A program made the translations under genes and the position numbers. This document shows, one piece after another, positions 30,633-41,311 of a stretch of 64,000 nucleotides of DNA. Source of the stretch: a virus (taxonomy: Duplodnaviria; Caudoviricetes); IMG/VR virus record IMGVR_UViG_3300014205_000003, positions 124,070 to 188,069 of that record, one strand, 5' to 3'. The notes beneath the pieces were generated by a model. That model had not been told where the DNA came from. It saw nothing but the letters and a program-made list of their open reading frames with translations, and made no database searches. The stretch's first letter is position 1; each line of letters opens with the position of its first letter.

Positions 30633-32868
30633 ATGCTACTCAACGCGGCTCGTACTACTGTTTGGAACTGGGACAATGTCACTTCTTCACTCTGCCCTGA
30701 CTGCGGCGAAAAGCTTATGGCTCGTCGCTGTGAAGACAAGATCTGGCACTGGGCTCATTACCCTCTCCCTAAAGGTGCAACCCCTCGTGCATGTCATGCA
30801 GAAGAGACTGCTTGGCGCTTGCAGTGGAAGTTTGCACAGATGTGCAATGATGGCTGGGAGATCGAGAAGCGTGTAGAGCTTGAAGGTAAGATTACTGTTT
30901 TGGATGCTTACAATGCTGAACAGAATCAAGTAACTATCTTCGTTCACAGCACTTCACCTAAGTCCCTCGAACGATTCGAACGTCTCAAGCGCAGTTCCTA
31001 CAACTGCTACTGGATCAACTAAGGTCCCTTTGTCTGGTAACAGGCATTGAAAAGAAAGTGAATTGCTGGGACACCTAAAGTGCACATCTGTGCGCCATGG
31101 CAATCAGCAGCCGACCTCTTAATAGACCCTAGTGGCCTCTAAGAGAAGGTTCAACGACTAGTCCGTAAGGACGTAGGGTCAAGCGGCCCGAAGCACTCTC
31201 TCCTGAGCAATTAGGAGAATGATATAGCCTTTGCCACAGTGAAAATTGTGGGAGTCCTGATTAACCATCAGCAAACCGGCAGTACTTAGCGAGTACTGTT
31301 GAAAACAACTATACGAAGTAGAAATTTCGTTTTGTTTCTCAAGTAGTTTACAAATTCTGATTTGATGTATTATAATAATCCATATGCAGCGTTCACATAA
31401 AATTCGATTAGATCCTACAGTCAAGCAAGAAGTCGCAATGCGACAAGCTGCTGGAACTGCGAGATTTACTTGGAATTACGCGCTGGCTATGTGGAAAAAG
31501 CAATACGACGATTTTAAGCTAGGGCTGGCGACTAAACCAGATGTCTACAGTATCTCCAGACGTTGGACACAAGAAAAACCAGATTGGGCTCGAGAAGTTG
31601 CATGCGGTCTTCAGAACCGTGCAATTATGACTCTCGGAAAAGCTATGATCAGTTTTTGGAACGGGAAGACAAATTTCCCGAAATTCCATAAGAAGTCTGA
31701 CAAGTCTTCTTTCTATGTGGCTAATAGTCATGGTTATATCAAAGATGGCCGGATACACATTACGAATGTTGGAAAAGTAAAACTAGCAGAAGCTCCCCGT
31801 TTTGAGGGGCGAACGCTGTGTTATACTGTTTCTCATTCTGCAGGTAAATGGTTTGTGTCTGTTCAAGTAGAATTGACAGAACCTATTGTACCTAATCCGT
31901 CCTTGTCTGTAGTTGGTGTAGACGTCGGGATTAAGAACATTGCAGTTGCAAGCGATGGCACTTCGTTGCCAAATCCTCATTTTCTTATCAAGCAACAACG
32001 ACAGTTGAAATACTATCAACGTCAATTAGCGCGACAAGTAAAAGGATCAAATCGCCGCAATGCAACGAAAACCCGTATTGCAAAGATCCATCAGAAGATT
32101 GTAAATCAACGTCAGGACTGTGTCCACAAGTTCACTACAGCTCTTGCCAAAAACCACGGCACTGCAGTGATCGAAACACTGGACATCGAGAGTATGAAAA
32201 GTTCAGACAAGGTCTGGATGAATCGTGCTCTCCAAGACACCTGCATGCGCGAGGTCCACAGGCAACTGGAGTACAAGATGAGGGAGCTCGTAAAAGCTCC
32301 TAAGTTCTTCCCCAGCTCCAAGACCTGCTCGTCATGTGGAGATGTCAAAGAGTCCTTGCCACCCTCTATTAGGGTGTACAGATGTCAGTGTGGCTTAGAG
32401 ATCGACCGCGATCTCAACGCTGCACTGAACTTGAGAAACAGGAGTTGGGTAACAACTTCTACATGCGTGGAGACCTCTAAAGGGTCTACGAAGCGCAAAA
32501 CGAAACTCGTTGCCGCTAGGTAACGAACCTCGTATTACAGCTATGACGGAAAGGCCCTTGGCTCTGCTCGTACACGTCGATGCATGTGGGATGATACGTT
32601 GAAGAAGTACATGTTGTATCAACGCATGTTGAAGCCTGCTGCTATGGGTCTCTACAAGGCTACAGGAGGCGCTGTACATCGCTATGAGGGTCTGTACCAC
32701 TGTAAGGACGTGAATCCCTATTATGGCTATGGAAAGGTTCGTGACATTACTCGTTGGACAGCGTTGGAAGGTCCGTTGACGCAGAAGGCTTTGGAGAACT
32801 TCCACAGTGCTCTGAGTCTGATGAACTTCCTTCGCAGGGATGATGAAAAGCCGCAGGTGAGTCCTTGA
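30633..32868 (+). CDS. CoiA-like zinc finger/nuclease protein, split: exon 1 30633-31015, exon 2 32541-32868 (236 aa spliced)
   Basis: CPDCG...HWAH...C..EETAW...W, IE, LD motifs; the join gives in-frame ...NCYW-I-YDGKAL... Confidence 0.7.
31016..31310 (+). ncRNA. Group I intron catalytic core (IA-like, with P7.1/P7.2)
   Basis: P1 GGAU/GUCC with U-G wobble; P AAUUGCUGGG 31061; Q AAUCAGCAG 31102; R GUUCAACGACUA 31149; S GAUAUAGCC 31221; GNRA-capped P2, P7.1, P8 and P9. Confidence 0.88.
31082..31093. repeat. Palindrome copy 5 (inside the intron P5 region)
   Basis: aaagtGCACATCTGTGCgcc. Confidence 0.85.
31347..31376 (+). promoter_or_regulatory. Putative sigma70-type promoter for the intron tnpB
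   Basis: TTTACA-N18-TATAAT just upstream of ATG 31384; no RBS, so probably a near-leaderless mRNA. Confidence 0.5.
31384..32523 (+). CDS. tnpB: TnpB (IS605/IS607 OrfB type)
   Basis: HKIRLDPT..Q...ARFTWN N-terminal HTH; GVDVG, IETL, SSKTCSSCG, DRDLNAALN. Confidence 0.93.
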   Translation: MQRSHKIRLDPTVKQEVAMRQAAGTARFTWNYALAMWKKQYDDFKLGLATKPDVYSISRRWTQEKPDWAREVACGLQNRAIMTLGKAMISFWNGKTNFPKFHKKSDKSSFYVANSHGYIKDGRIHITNVGKVKLAEAPRFEGRTLCYTVSHSAGKWFVSVQVELTEPIVPNPSLSVVGVDVGIKNIAVASDGTSLPNPHFLIKQQRQLKYYQRQLARQVKGSNRRNATKTRIAKIHQKIVNQRQDCVHKFTTALAKNHGTAVIETLDIESMKSSDKVWMNRALQDTCMREVHRQLEYKMRELVKAPKFFPSSKTCSSCGDVKESLPPSIRVYRCQCGLEIDRDLNAALNLRNRSWVTTSTCVETSKGSTKRKTKLVAAR

Positions 32869-33449
32869 GTCTTAGGGTCATTTGCGGGTGTGAGTCGAGT
32901 GGTGTTGTTCGCGAGGCCTTTAGGAAGCTTGGACACAATGCTTGGTCGTGTGACTTGCTTCCCGCAGATGACAACAGTGAATATCACTTTCAGTGTGATA
33001 TCAGAGACATCATAGGGCGTAATTGGGATCTCGCTGTCCTGCATCCTCCTTGTACGCATCTTTGTGTCTCAGGAGCTCGCTGGTTCAAGAACAAGAAAGT
33101 TGAACAGGAAGAGGCTTTGGAGTTTGTCAGATATCTGATGAACGTTCCGATTCCTCACACCTGTATTGAGAATCCTGTAGGGATCCTTTCTACACGAATC
33201 TGTAAACCTACTCAGTACATTCAGCCCTACGAATACGGATGTGGGGAGACTAAGAAGACAGGGCTCTGGCTAAAGAACCTTACTCCTCTAGTTCCTACAG
33301 ACATTGTAGAAGGTCGTTCTAACAGGATTCACATGATGCCTCCAGGTCCTACTCGCTGGAAAGAACGAAGTCGTACGTATCCCGGTATTGCTAAAGCTAT
33401 GGCAGAACAGTTCTCACACTACATACTTAACCAAAGGAAAACACCATGA
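32865..33449 (+). CDS. Phage DNA-cytosine-methyltransferase-like protein
   Basis: CESSGVVREAF, WSCDLLP, HPPCTHL (catalytic PC), IENPVG, KKTGLWL. Confidence 0.7.
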   Translation: MSLRVICGCESSGVVREAFRKLGHNAWSCDLLPADDNSEYHFQCDIRDIIGRNWDLAVLHPPCTHLCVSGARWFKNKKVEQEEALEFVRYLMNVPIPHTCIENPVGILSTRICKPTQYIQPYEYGCGETKKTGLWLKNLTPLVPTDIVEGRSNRIHMMPPGPTRWKERSRTYPGIAKAMAEQFSHYILNQRKTP

Positions 33450-34919
33450 CAGACTTCAAAACGCAAATCACTGACATCTCGAAAGTCCTGCAGTACGAAC
33501 TGGATTGTGTCAGCAACGGTATTAGCAATATGCAGAAAGCTATCAACGAATTGAAAGCTCTTGCAGAAGCTGTGGAACCTATAGAAGTTGTTCCAGAGCC
33601 TCTCAACAGTATGGTGGATGCTGCGTTCAAAGCGTCTACATATAACGAAGCTGAAGAAGAGAGTAAGAACGTTAAGCTGTTTAATGAGATTGTTCAGACA
33701 ATCCAGAGTATTCCTGAAAACATTGCAGATCTTCCGTGGTCTAACGATCCTTGTGAATGTAATCACTGTACCTGTGAACATCCTGAGCCTGTTGTAGTAA
33801 AGACTCCTCGTCCTAAGAATCCTGTGCTTGGAGATGCGGGTCCCTATCGCTTGCATCTTGCAGGTACTTTGCAGGATGATGTAGCGTTTGCTCGAGTTGC
33901 GATACGTTTGCGTAAATGTGACAAAGCTGATCGATATGTTTCATCCATGTATCTATCTCAAGCTCGTCTGTCAGAGTGTGTTGAAATGCATTTGAAAGTT
34001 CTCAATGACATCAATGGCTTGTCTACAGATGGAACCTTGAAGTTCCTGAAGCTGGAATTTGTATGCTCTGATCCGGGTATTGCGGTGATTACGAAGTACT
34101 ACTATTACCGTGAGTACGACGTATCTGGTGCTTGGCTTAAGAATGTTATCAATAGTCTTGTTCTAGGTAACAAAGGAAATACGTCAGTTGTTGAGTATAT
34201 GCAGAACGGCATTGTTGAAGGTACTTCTCTCATCATTGCCAACGATCCAGACACTCAGCAAGCAACTATTGATGCTGTACTGAATTTCCTGAAAGTTACT
34301 GAAAAACAAGTTACTGAAGTTGAAATTCCAGAGAGTCGTTTGGCAGAGCCCCAGATCGATACTCTTCGTCGAATTCTGGAATATGCAAATGGTTACGGCG
34401 CAACTAAACAATTGAAGAATAAGGTGGCTTAACATGGGTAGCAATCCAGATCGTAAACTGTCAGAGATGGATCAGCTGATCATGAAAGTTCAGATGATCC
34501 AGAACGTTGATCAGCAGACTCCTAAGGAACTCTCAGAACTTCTTACAGACATCGACCAAGCTCAAGACGCTCTGAAGACCCTGAGAGATGAAATCAAGAC
34601 AAGAGTGATTGTAGAGAAACTGAACCTGCCACATTGGAAGATTGTCAGCTTCTTCGAGAAACAGACCTTTAAGGGGCCTAAGGAGGCTCTTGCGTGTCTA
34701 GACCTTCTGAAGACCTGTTACAAGGCTTCTGACACCATTCTAATGCAAACGGACGCGGTTGTAGTGAGTGTTGCCAAATGCCGAGACTACATCAAAGACG
34801 TCTTGGTGAGTCAGGGAGTTTCCGAGGACATGGCGTTGGATGATGCAAAAGGTGTCATTGCAGACTGGTTGACGAAACCTGTGGAAAACTTCAAACTGCA
34901 GAAACGAAAACCTCAGTGA
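33446..34919 (+). CDS. Two hypothetical proteins (33446-34432; 34434-34919)
   Basis: Long ORFs with RBS. Confidence 0.6.
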
Positions 34920-35350
34920 GTTTTTGAGGGGTCAAATCCTCCCCCTGGCAACCCCCTCGAAATTTGGGGACCCTATTAAAAAAGGGGTCCCTCCAAGCTT
35001 TTGAGTGATTTAGGTCAATTTTTAAAGGTCCAAAAAACCTATCAAAAACAGACCTAAAAATCAACAGCCTGATCACTCGCGTTGCTCGTGCTTTGCCGTC
35101 GGCAGGAAGAGTGAAACCTGTCGTTCCCTCGTAGTCGCTGCGCTCCTACTCAAAGGGGAACTCCTGGTTTTTGTTTTTAGAAAGGCGACTGGTATGATAA
35201 ATCTTGACAGGAGCTATGTTTAGTTGACCTTCAGAACCAGTTAGTCTTCTAAGTCGACTAGGAGTTCCCCTCATCCTCTCAAACGCCTCTAAACACCCTT
35301 TAAATGTGTTCTGCCAATAGTGCAGACTGTCTAACCTCCAAAGGAAACTC
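34920..35350. other. Non-coding hairpin- and homopolymer-rich region; candidate replication origin or control region
   Basis: A/T and G/C tracts, several inverted repeats, TCGCTGCGCTC-type hairpin. Confidence 0.4.
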
Positions 35351-35762
35351 ACATGTACAAGACAGATATCAATAATGGACTTTCCGGCTAACTCTCACGA
35401 TGAACATCTCAACAAAGTTCTTCGACAACTAGACTCTGCAGAAGTCTTACTTGAAGAGTGGATTTCGTATGCCTTAGTCTTTGTAAAATACGATGACTAT
35501 TTACTACAGGGTAAAAGGTTATCAAAGTACTCAGGTATGAATAGTCAGATTGCTAAAAGTTACTTGCAGTCTGCTCCTCGTTTAGTAGAGGTTCAAGACG
35601 TTTGCTGGATGATCAATCCATCAGCTGAACATAAGGAACTGAAAGAGCGACTGAAGAAACTTATGGGATCTTTGCAGTATGCAATTCTTGCAGGCGTGTT
35701 CACTACAGAAGCTCAGCTCTTAGAGATCAGCTGCTGGGGAACAATGCCTAGAAGGGAGCTTG

Positions 35763-37560
35763 ATGTCCGTTGCAATGAAATCGTCCTCTCCAACTTGTGA
35801 TGGTATCTGTACAGGTGTTTCTTATGATGTAGAGAGTGGTTACTTAAAGCTAAGGGCAGATTTTATTTTACCTGCGAATACTGAGATGCATTCTCTAACA
35901 GACATTCATCTGGTTTTAGGACGTGTAGTGGGAGATTGTATTGTTGTGGAGACTCCTACAGATACTCAAGTGGAGATGCCTGGATATTGCTTGATGACTA
36001 ATGATGGAGTTACTCCAGTAGCATTTTTCTACGACAAGCGCTTGGCTAACTATGTCTGCAACCTGCTTAACCAAAAGCCCTGACGGTTTCTTTGTATGTC
36101 TACTTTCAAAATACAAGACGTACAGGGTCTACTCAAAACAGAGAAGGATATTGCTTCCTACTACGAAAAGATGCTGGCAAAGGCTCTAGGTATCCCAAAG
36201 GAATTTATGTCAAATGACAAAACCTTAGACGACTTCAAGCAGTATTTCACTATTGCTCAGTCGCCTAAAGAACAAGTAGATAAAGGACTTCCCGAGTTTG
36301 TAGTATTCCAGAATGAAGGTCTGACTCCTCTAGCAGGGTTCTGGAACAAGAGCAAAGCTGAGACATATGTGGCGAAGGCCGCAGAAGATTTGTTAGAAGG
36401 TTGGCAAAAGGATCATCTGTTTGGAAAAGCGATTAGAGCTTCGGGCAGGGACATGGAGCTAGTTACTACAGCGGATAAAGACACTCAAGTAAATGATCTA
36501 CTGTACGCAGACACTGGTCATATGTATGGAGTAGCTTCTAGGGCGGCGGCTAAAGGCTCTCCTCTGTACTTCTGGCCTTGCAGTGCTTTGCAGGTTCCTT
36601 AGATGCTAAGCAAGAACATTGATTCAATGATGGGTTTCTTGAAGAAGATTGCAACTCCTTCTGGAGAACCCTCCGATAAGGAACTCCAAGACGTTGCTGA
36701 CACTTTGAATAGTAATGGCGTAGATGAAAAAGCCTTCTCAGAGATGGTGTCAAAATTGGATAACTTGCAAAAGGATGGCTTTACAGATGTGAAATCACTC
36801 AGGCCTTGTCAGATCTTTCTGCTCATACCTACAACGGTTCTGTAGCGGCTACAGGCTTTTGTCTTCCCGGATATACGGAACCTTCTGAAGAAGTCTACAC
36901 AGAACTCAAACTGGACATTGTTCAGAGTCCTCAAGAGTCCATCCTGCAAGGGCTTCCCCATTATGTAGTCTTTAGCAATGATGGCTTGACGCCTCTAGCA
37001 GGATTCTGGAGCAAGGAAGAAGCTGAGAAGTATGTAGAGATGAAGAAGCAGAGAGATAGATCAGATTGGGAGCGGAAGCAGACAACTAGGTTTATACCTG
37101 TTCATGATTTCTTTGCTGAACCTCTAGGACAAAGCTTTCAAGTGACGATTTCGAATAAGAGTGGGTAAGTATGGCGATTCCTAAATTGTTTCCTGATATG
37201 GATATCATCTTCAAAGATCCTTACAATCTGGTAGAGACTCCTGCAGATCAAGTTGCTACAGGCTATCCACCATTTGTAGTATTCTCTGAAGAGGGTATAG
37301 TTCCTCTAGCTTGCTTTTGGAACAAGTCAGTTGCAAGGAAGTACCTTGATAGTCTTTCTCCAAAAGACGCTTTCAATGCGTATTTCTCTGCAAAGCTGAA
37401 AGAGAGCGGTATTCTTCGTCAGATACTTCCTCCACCTCCAATTACAGCAGCTGACTTGTCTACACAAGGTCCTGTAAGAGCGTATCCCGTCATTGTAAAG
37501 GATGTCTATGTCAAATCCAAGCGAAAAAGAAAACGTGCAAGAACCCGTAAGATTCCCTAA
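35763..37560 (+). CDS. Tandem family with a shared motif (35763-36083, 36096-36602, 36806-37168, 37171-37560) plus 36603-36845
   Basis: P.(F/Y)VVF.N(D/E)G.TP.A.F(W/Y).K..A..Y in four ORFs. Confidence 0.65.
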
Positions 37561-38695
37561 GTGTCTGCTGAAGGCTGGGCGCACATCTGTGCGTTTGCTG
37601 GCATGTGTTCCAGGTCCCTCTGACGGTACTTCGTGGTATCGTGCAGTACGTCCTCTAGCCAAGATGTCTCAGATGTTCCCCCTAGAAGTCGTTTACAATG
37701 CTAACCCCTCGTGGAGCGACATTGTAGGTGTCGATGCAGTGTTCATTCAGCGTCCAGACTCTCAACACGCCTACAGCATCTGTAGACTTGCTGCTGGCCT
37801 TGGTAAGCGCATCTGGATAGACTACGATGATAATCTCTTGGCAGTTCCTGAATACAATATGTCCTTCCAGTCGTGGAGTCCAGAAGTTGTAGAAGTCATC
37901 AAGAAGATCTGTGCTACTGCTTCTGTTGTGACAGTGTCTACTCCAGTTATCAAAGAATCTATGGAAGGCATGAATCCTTGCATAGTCCTTCTTCCTAACG
38001 CTGTAGACTTCGACTTCTACAATACCTATAAAGTAGAGAGACCTCGTACTACAGATGAAATTCGTATCATGTGGCGCGGAAGTGATAGTCAGAGTCTTCA
38101 ACTTCGTGCCCTTGCTCCTCATGTCCTAAGGTCCTTGAAGGAGTTTCCAAACGTCAAGTGGATTCTTATGTGTGGAACAACTCCTTTCCAGTACTTGCGA
38201 TCTGCTCCACCGGATAGATGTATCTGGCAGAAGTGGAAGCTGATTCCTGAAGTCTTCATCACTATGTTGGAATACCAAGCAGACATCCATGTAAGTCTGT
38301 TGTTTGATGAAGTCTTTGACAGAAGCAGATCTCCTGGTGCTTTGATGGAGAGTATTCCTGCAGGAGCGGCTTTCCTAGGTCCTGAGTGGTGGAGTCTTCC
38401 GGGACAGACGTTGTATACTCCAGGAGACTTGAATGTTCAGCCTTTGATTACGTTCAGTGATAATGAACTTGCGTACGCATCTGGTAACTTCTACGAGAAG
38501 CTTGTAGAGCTTATACAGAAGACTCCAGAAGAGCGCACAGCTTTGAATGCTGAGACTCTGCAGTTTCTGCAGGATCAGGCTTCACTGACTCGAGCAGCGG
38601 AGTTTCGTTGGCGAATGCTTGTCTCGTGTCTTGATCAGACTCCTGTCACTATCAAACTTGCTCCAAAAGAACTCAACCTTCCTCAACATCCCTAA
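37502..38695 (+). CDS. Glycosyltransferase-like (GT-B) protein
   Basis: SWYR...P, IQRP, WIDYDDNL, VTVST, PNAVD, IMWRGS. Confidence 0.7.
   Translation: MSMSNPSEKENVQEPVRFPKCLLKAGRTSVRLLACVPGPSDGTSWYRAVRPLAKMSQMFPLEVVYNANPSWSDIVGVDAVFIQRPDSQHAYSICRLAAGLGKRIWIDYDDNLLAVPEYNMSFQSWSPEVVEVIKKICATASVVTVSTPVIKESMEGMNPCIVLLPNAVDFDFYNTYKVERPRTTDEIRIMWRGSDSQSLQLRALAPHVLRSLKEFPNVKWILMCGTTPFQYLRSAPPDRCIWQKWKLIPEVFITMLEYQADIHVSLLFDEVFDRSRSPGALMESIPAGAAFLGPEWWSLPGQTLYTPGDLNVQPLITFSDNELAYASGNFYEKLVELIQKTPEERTALNAETLQFLQDQASLTRAAEFRWRMLVSCLDQTPVTIKLAPKELNLPQHP
37581..37592. repeat. Palindrome copy 6 (inside CDS)
   Basis: gcGCACATCTGTGCgttt. Confidence 0.85.
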
Positions 38696-38754
38696 TCTGG
38701 CAGAAGTAACAGTAAACAATCATATAAGGAATTCTGAATGAAAACAATCACTAA

Positions 38755-39420
38755 ATGGACGTCAAAACTGCTAAAGAGATTACGGGTGGCCTTTCGAACA
38801 CAACTAAGATGCCGGGAGCCTCATACAGCTTACCTGCTTCAGCCTGCATCACCGGCTCTAAGTTGCGCGCTGTTGCCGGTAGTGTTTGTTCGAAGTGCTA
38901 TGCCTGCAAAGGAACATATCGCTATCCAGTAGTCAAGAAGTGCTTGGAGAAGCGTCTTGCTTCGCTTACAGATCCCGGTTGGACTGTCGCGATGTTTGTG
39001 CTGATTAATGAAGAAGTGCGTAAGCACCTCGAAACAGGTAAATGGTTTCGTTGGCACGATAGCGGAGACATTCAGAGTGTTCAACATCTGCAGAATATCT
39101 TCGACGTCGTTAAAGCCCTTCCGAATGTCCACTTCTGGCTTCCCACTAAGGAATTGAACATTCTGAAGATGTGGCTTTCGAAGAATCCTGAGATTCTTCC
39201 TCCGTCGAATGTGACTATTCGGATATCTGCTTCGATGATTGATTATACTCTGAAAGCTTCCGGTTTCCCTACCAGTGCAGTAGCCACAGCAAACTTTGAC
39301 GACACCATTGCAGATGTTCCTGTTCATCATTGCCCCGCACCTAGTCAAGAAGGACAGTGCAAAGACTGTCGAGCTTGCTGGGACAAGAACGTCCCCCTTG
39401 TAGCTTACCACATCCATTGA
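38755..39420 (+). CDS. Phage Gp88-like protein (Cys-rich, radical-SAM-related)
   Basis: GGLS.T.KMPG.SYSLPA..C..GSKL, C..CYA.KG, FRWHDSGD, FWLPTKE, C.DCRACWD. Confidence 0.8.
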   Translation: MDVKTAKEITGGLSNTTKMPGASYSLPASACITGSKLRAVAGSVCSKCYACKGTYRYPVVKKCLEKRLASLTDPGWTVAMFVLINEEVRKHLETGKWFRWHDSGDIQSVQHLQNIFDVVKALPNVHFWLPTKELNILKMWLSKNPEILPPSNVTIRISASMIDYTLKASGFPTSAVATANFDDTIADVPVHHCPAPSQEGQCKDCRACWDKNVPLVAYHIH

Positions 39421-39429
39421 GGAGAAAGC

Positions 39430-40569
39430 ATGTCTGAAGAACAAGAAAAAGGTTGGCAACTCCTAGATCCTCCTGAGGTAGACATTCCAAGTCTTACAGT
39501 AGGCATCTTCACACCCGGAACAAGCGATGCCAATTCCTTCTACAGAGGTTGGGGTCCTTGGTTCTCCCTAGCTAAGATGTCCAATCATGTAGTTCGTCTA
39601 AAGGAGATCAAAGGAGGCATCAACTGGCAAACATTGTACGATGTCGACTTGATCTACATGTGCCGTCCTGGAGGCAACGAAGGCGTAGCTCTGTGCAAAG
39701 CTCTGGTGTCTGCAGGAATCCCTCTGTGGGTTGACTATGATGACAACTACTTCGAGCTTCCTAAGGACAATCCAGCTCTGATACAGACGAAGAACATTGC
39801 TGAGACTGTGGAAGAGATCTGCAAGCTTGCTACTGTTGTCTCTGTACCTACGCAAGAACTCGCAGATGTCTTTCACACTAAGGGATTCAAACCTATTGTC
39901 ATCCCCAATGCTCTGGATATCCCTTGGTGGAGTCGAACCTTAGGTTCTGCAGGGAAAACTCCCTATCAGGATTTGGGGAATGTCTTCTACTGGCGCGGGG
40001 GAATCTCTCAAAGAGACAACGTCAAGTATTATCTGTCAAGTCTTGAGAAGTTCGCAGAAGTTCAAGGCATGTGGGTCTTTCAGGGATATGACGTATTTGG
40101 TAAGTCGAGTACAAACAAAGAATCAGATTCCCTGTACAAGCCCTTGAAGTGTCCTTTCTCTCCTAGCAAACTGCTTACACTCCCTTGGGATATCATTCCG
40201 AGGTGTTTCCAGAAAGCCTATCAGATTCGACCAACGTTCAACATTGTAATGCATACAGATACATTGTTTGAGCGTTGTAAGAGTAAGAATGCTTGGATGG
40301 AAGCGACGGCGATGGGAGCTGTGAGTGTAGTTCCTGACAATCCTGAGTATGACCTTCCAGGAACCTTGAAGTACAAGGCAGGAGACACCACGAGCTTCGA
40401 AGCAGTGCTTCAGGCTTGTGTGGAGATGACGCCAGAAGAGAAACATGCTCGTGTAGGCATGTCGATGAGTCACTTGATGAAGAGCTGTACAGTTGACTTA
40501 GCCAACAGACTTCGCTTGACTATACTGAGTCGTATGTTTAGTCCACCAGAGGAGACTGAGAATGGGTGA
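39430..40569 (+). CDS. Glycosyltransferase-like (GT-B) protein, paralog of 37502-38695
   Basis: SFYR..P, WVDYDDNY, PNALD, YWRGG, CKS.NAWME. Confidence 0.72.
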   Translation: MSEEQEKGWQLLDPPEVDIPSLTVGIFTPGTSDANSFYRGWGPWFSLAKMSNHVVRLKEIKGGINWQTLYDVDLIYMCRPGGNEGVALCKALVSAGIPLWVDYDDNYFELPKDNPALIQTKNIAETVEEICKLATVVSVPTQELADVFHTKGFKPIVIPNALDIPWWSRTLGSAGKTPYQDLGNVFYWRGGISQRDNVKYYLSSLEKFAEVQGMWVFQGYDVFGKSSTNKESDSLYKPLKCPFSPSKLLTLPWDIIPRCFQKAYQIRPTFNIVMHTDTLFERCKSKNAWMEATAMGAVSVVPDNPEYDLPGTLKYKAGDTTSFEAVLQACVEMTPEEKHARVGMSMSHLMKSCTVDLANRLRLTILSRMFSPPEETENG

Positions 40570-40813
40570 CTTTTTTGGAAAGCCTACAAAGAGCAAGAAG
40601 AACTTGAGCAAGTTTGCAGATTTCTCTCAAGACACGTCAAGGAAGCGTGATACAGGGCAGAAGTGCTTCTGTGGTCATCCTGTAACTTCAGGAGGTGTCT
40701 GTGCCCGTTGTGGAGCCCTCAACATGGACGACAACGTCAGTGTAGAGGAGCGTCCTTACAGCGAGAAGATGGGTTGGGCATTGCAGAACGGGTTCTTTGG
40801 TGACGTGGAGTAG

Positions 40814-41290
40814 AGGCTTAAGCTGGAAGGGTATTTCTGGCATCCTCTAACGAGAGCACTCAAATACCCTGTTTGGGCTGGATCGGGGAAACCCTTTCCA
40901 GCCCTTCTTTTTAGCTATAAATGGCTATCCTGTAGAACCTTAAGTTATACCCCAGATATGGCATCTTAACTTACGGAACCTTCCTAGCCTATAGCTAGGA
41001 GGGGTTTCCAGAGACTTGTTATAGACACTTCCGTCTATGACGATTCTCTAGAAACGAATAAACTTCCGTATAAAAGGAGATTGTTATGATTAGTACGCGT
41101 AAGAGGGAAAGTTTATTGTGACCCCACGGAGAACCCGTGGGTCTGCTACTGAGAGCTGCCCCGCTCAAGAGCAGATTTGGGAAGATTGCTAATAGCGCTG
41201 TTAGCAGTGGACTCATAGGTCACAAAGGGGTATCTCAAGAGACTTGTTATATCTTCCTCGGATATGACGATTCTCTTGAGATTAAACATC
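40814..41290 (+). ncRNA. Structured intergenic region with a duplicated bulged hairpin
   Basis: AGAGACTTGTTATA...TATGACGATTCTCT at 41010-41049 and 41238-41276; multibranch stem between them. Confidence 0.45.
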
Positions 41291-41311
41291 TAACAGAAGG
41301 AGGAACACAGA

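Larger units (their letters stand above)
31016..32540 (+). mobile_element. IStron-like element: group I intron carrying tnpB
   Basis: Follows TGGAT, ends in ...TACAG, contains the ribozyme core then tnpB; removal restores the reading frame. Confidence 0.85.

Noticed and set aside
36603-37168. Programmed frameshift joining 36603-36845 and 36806-37168
   Set aside because: The overlap exists but there is no clear slippery site; a TTG start explains it equally well
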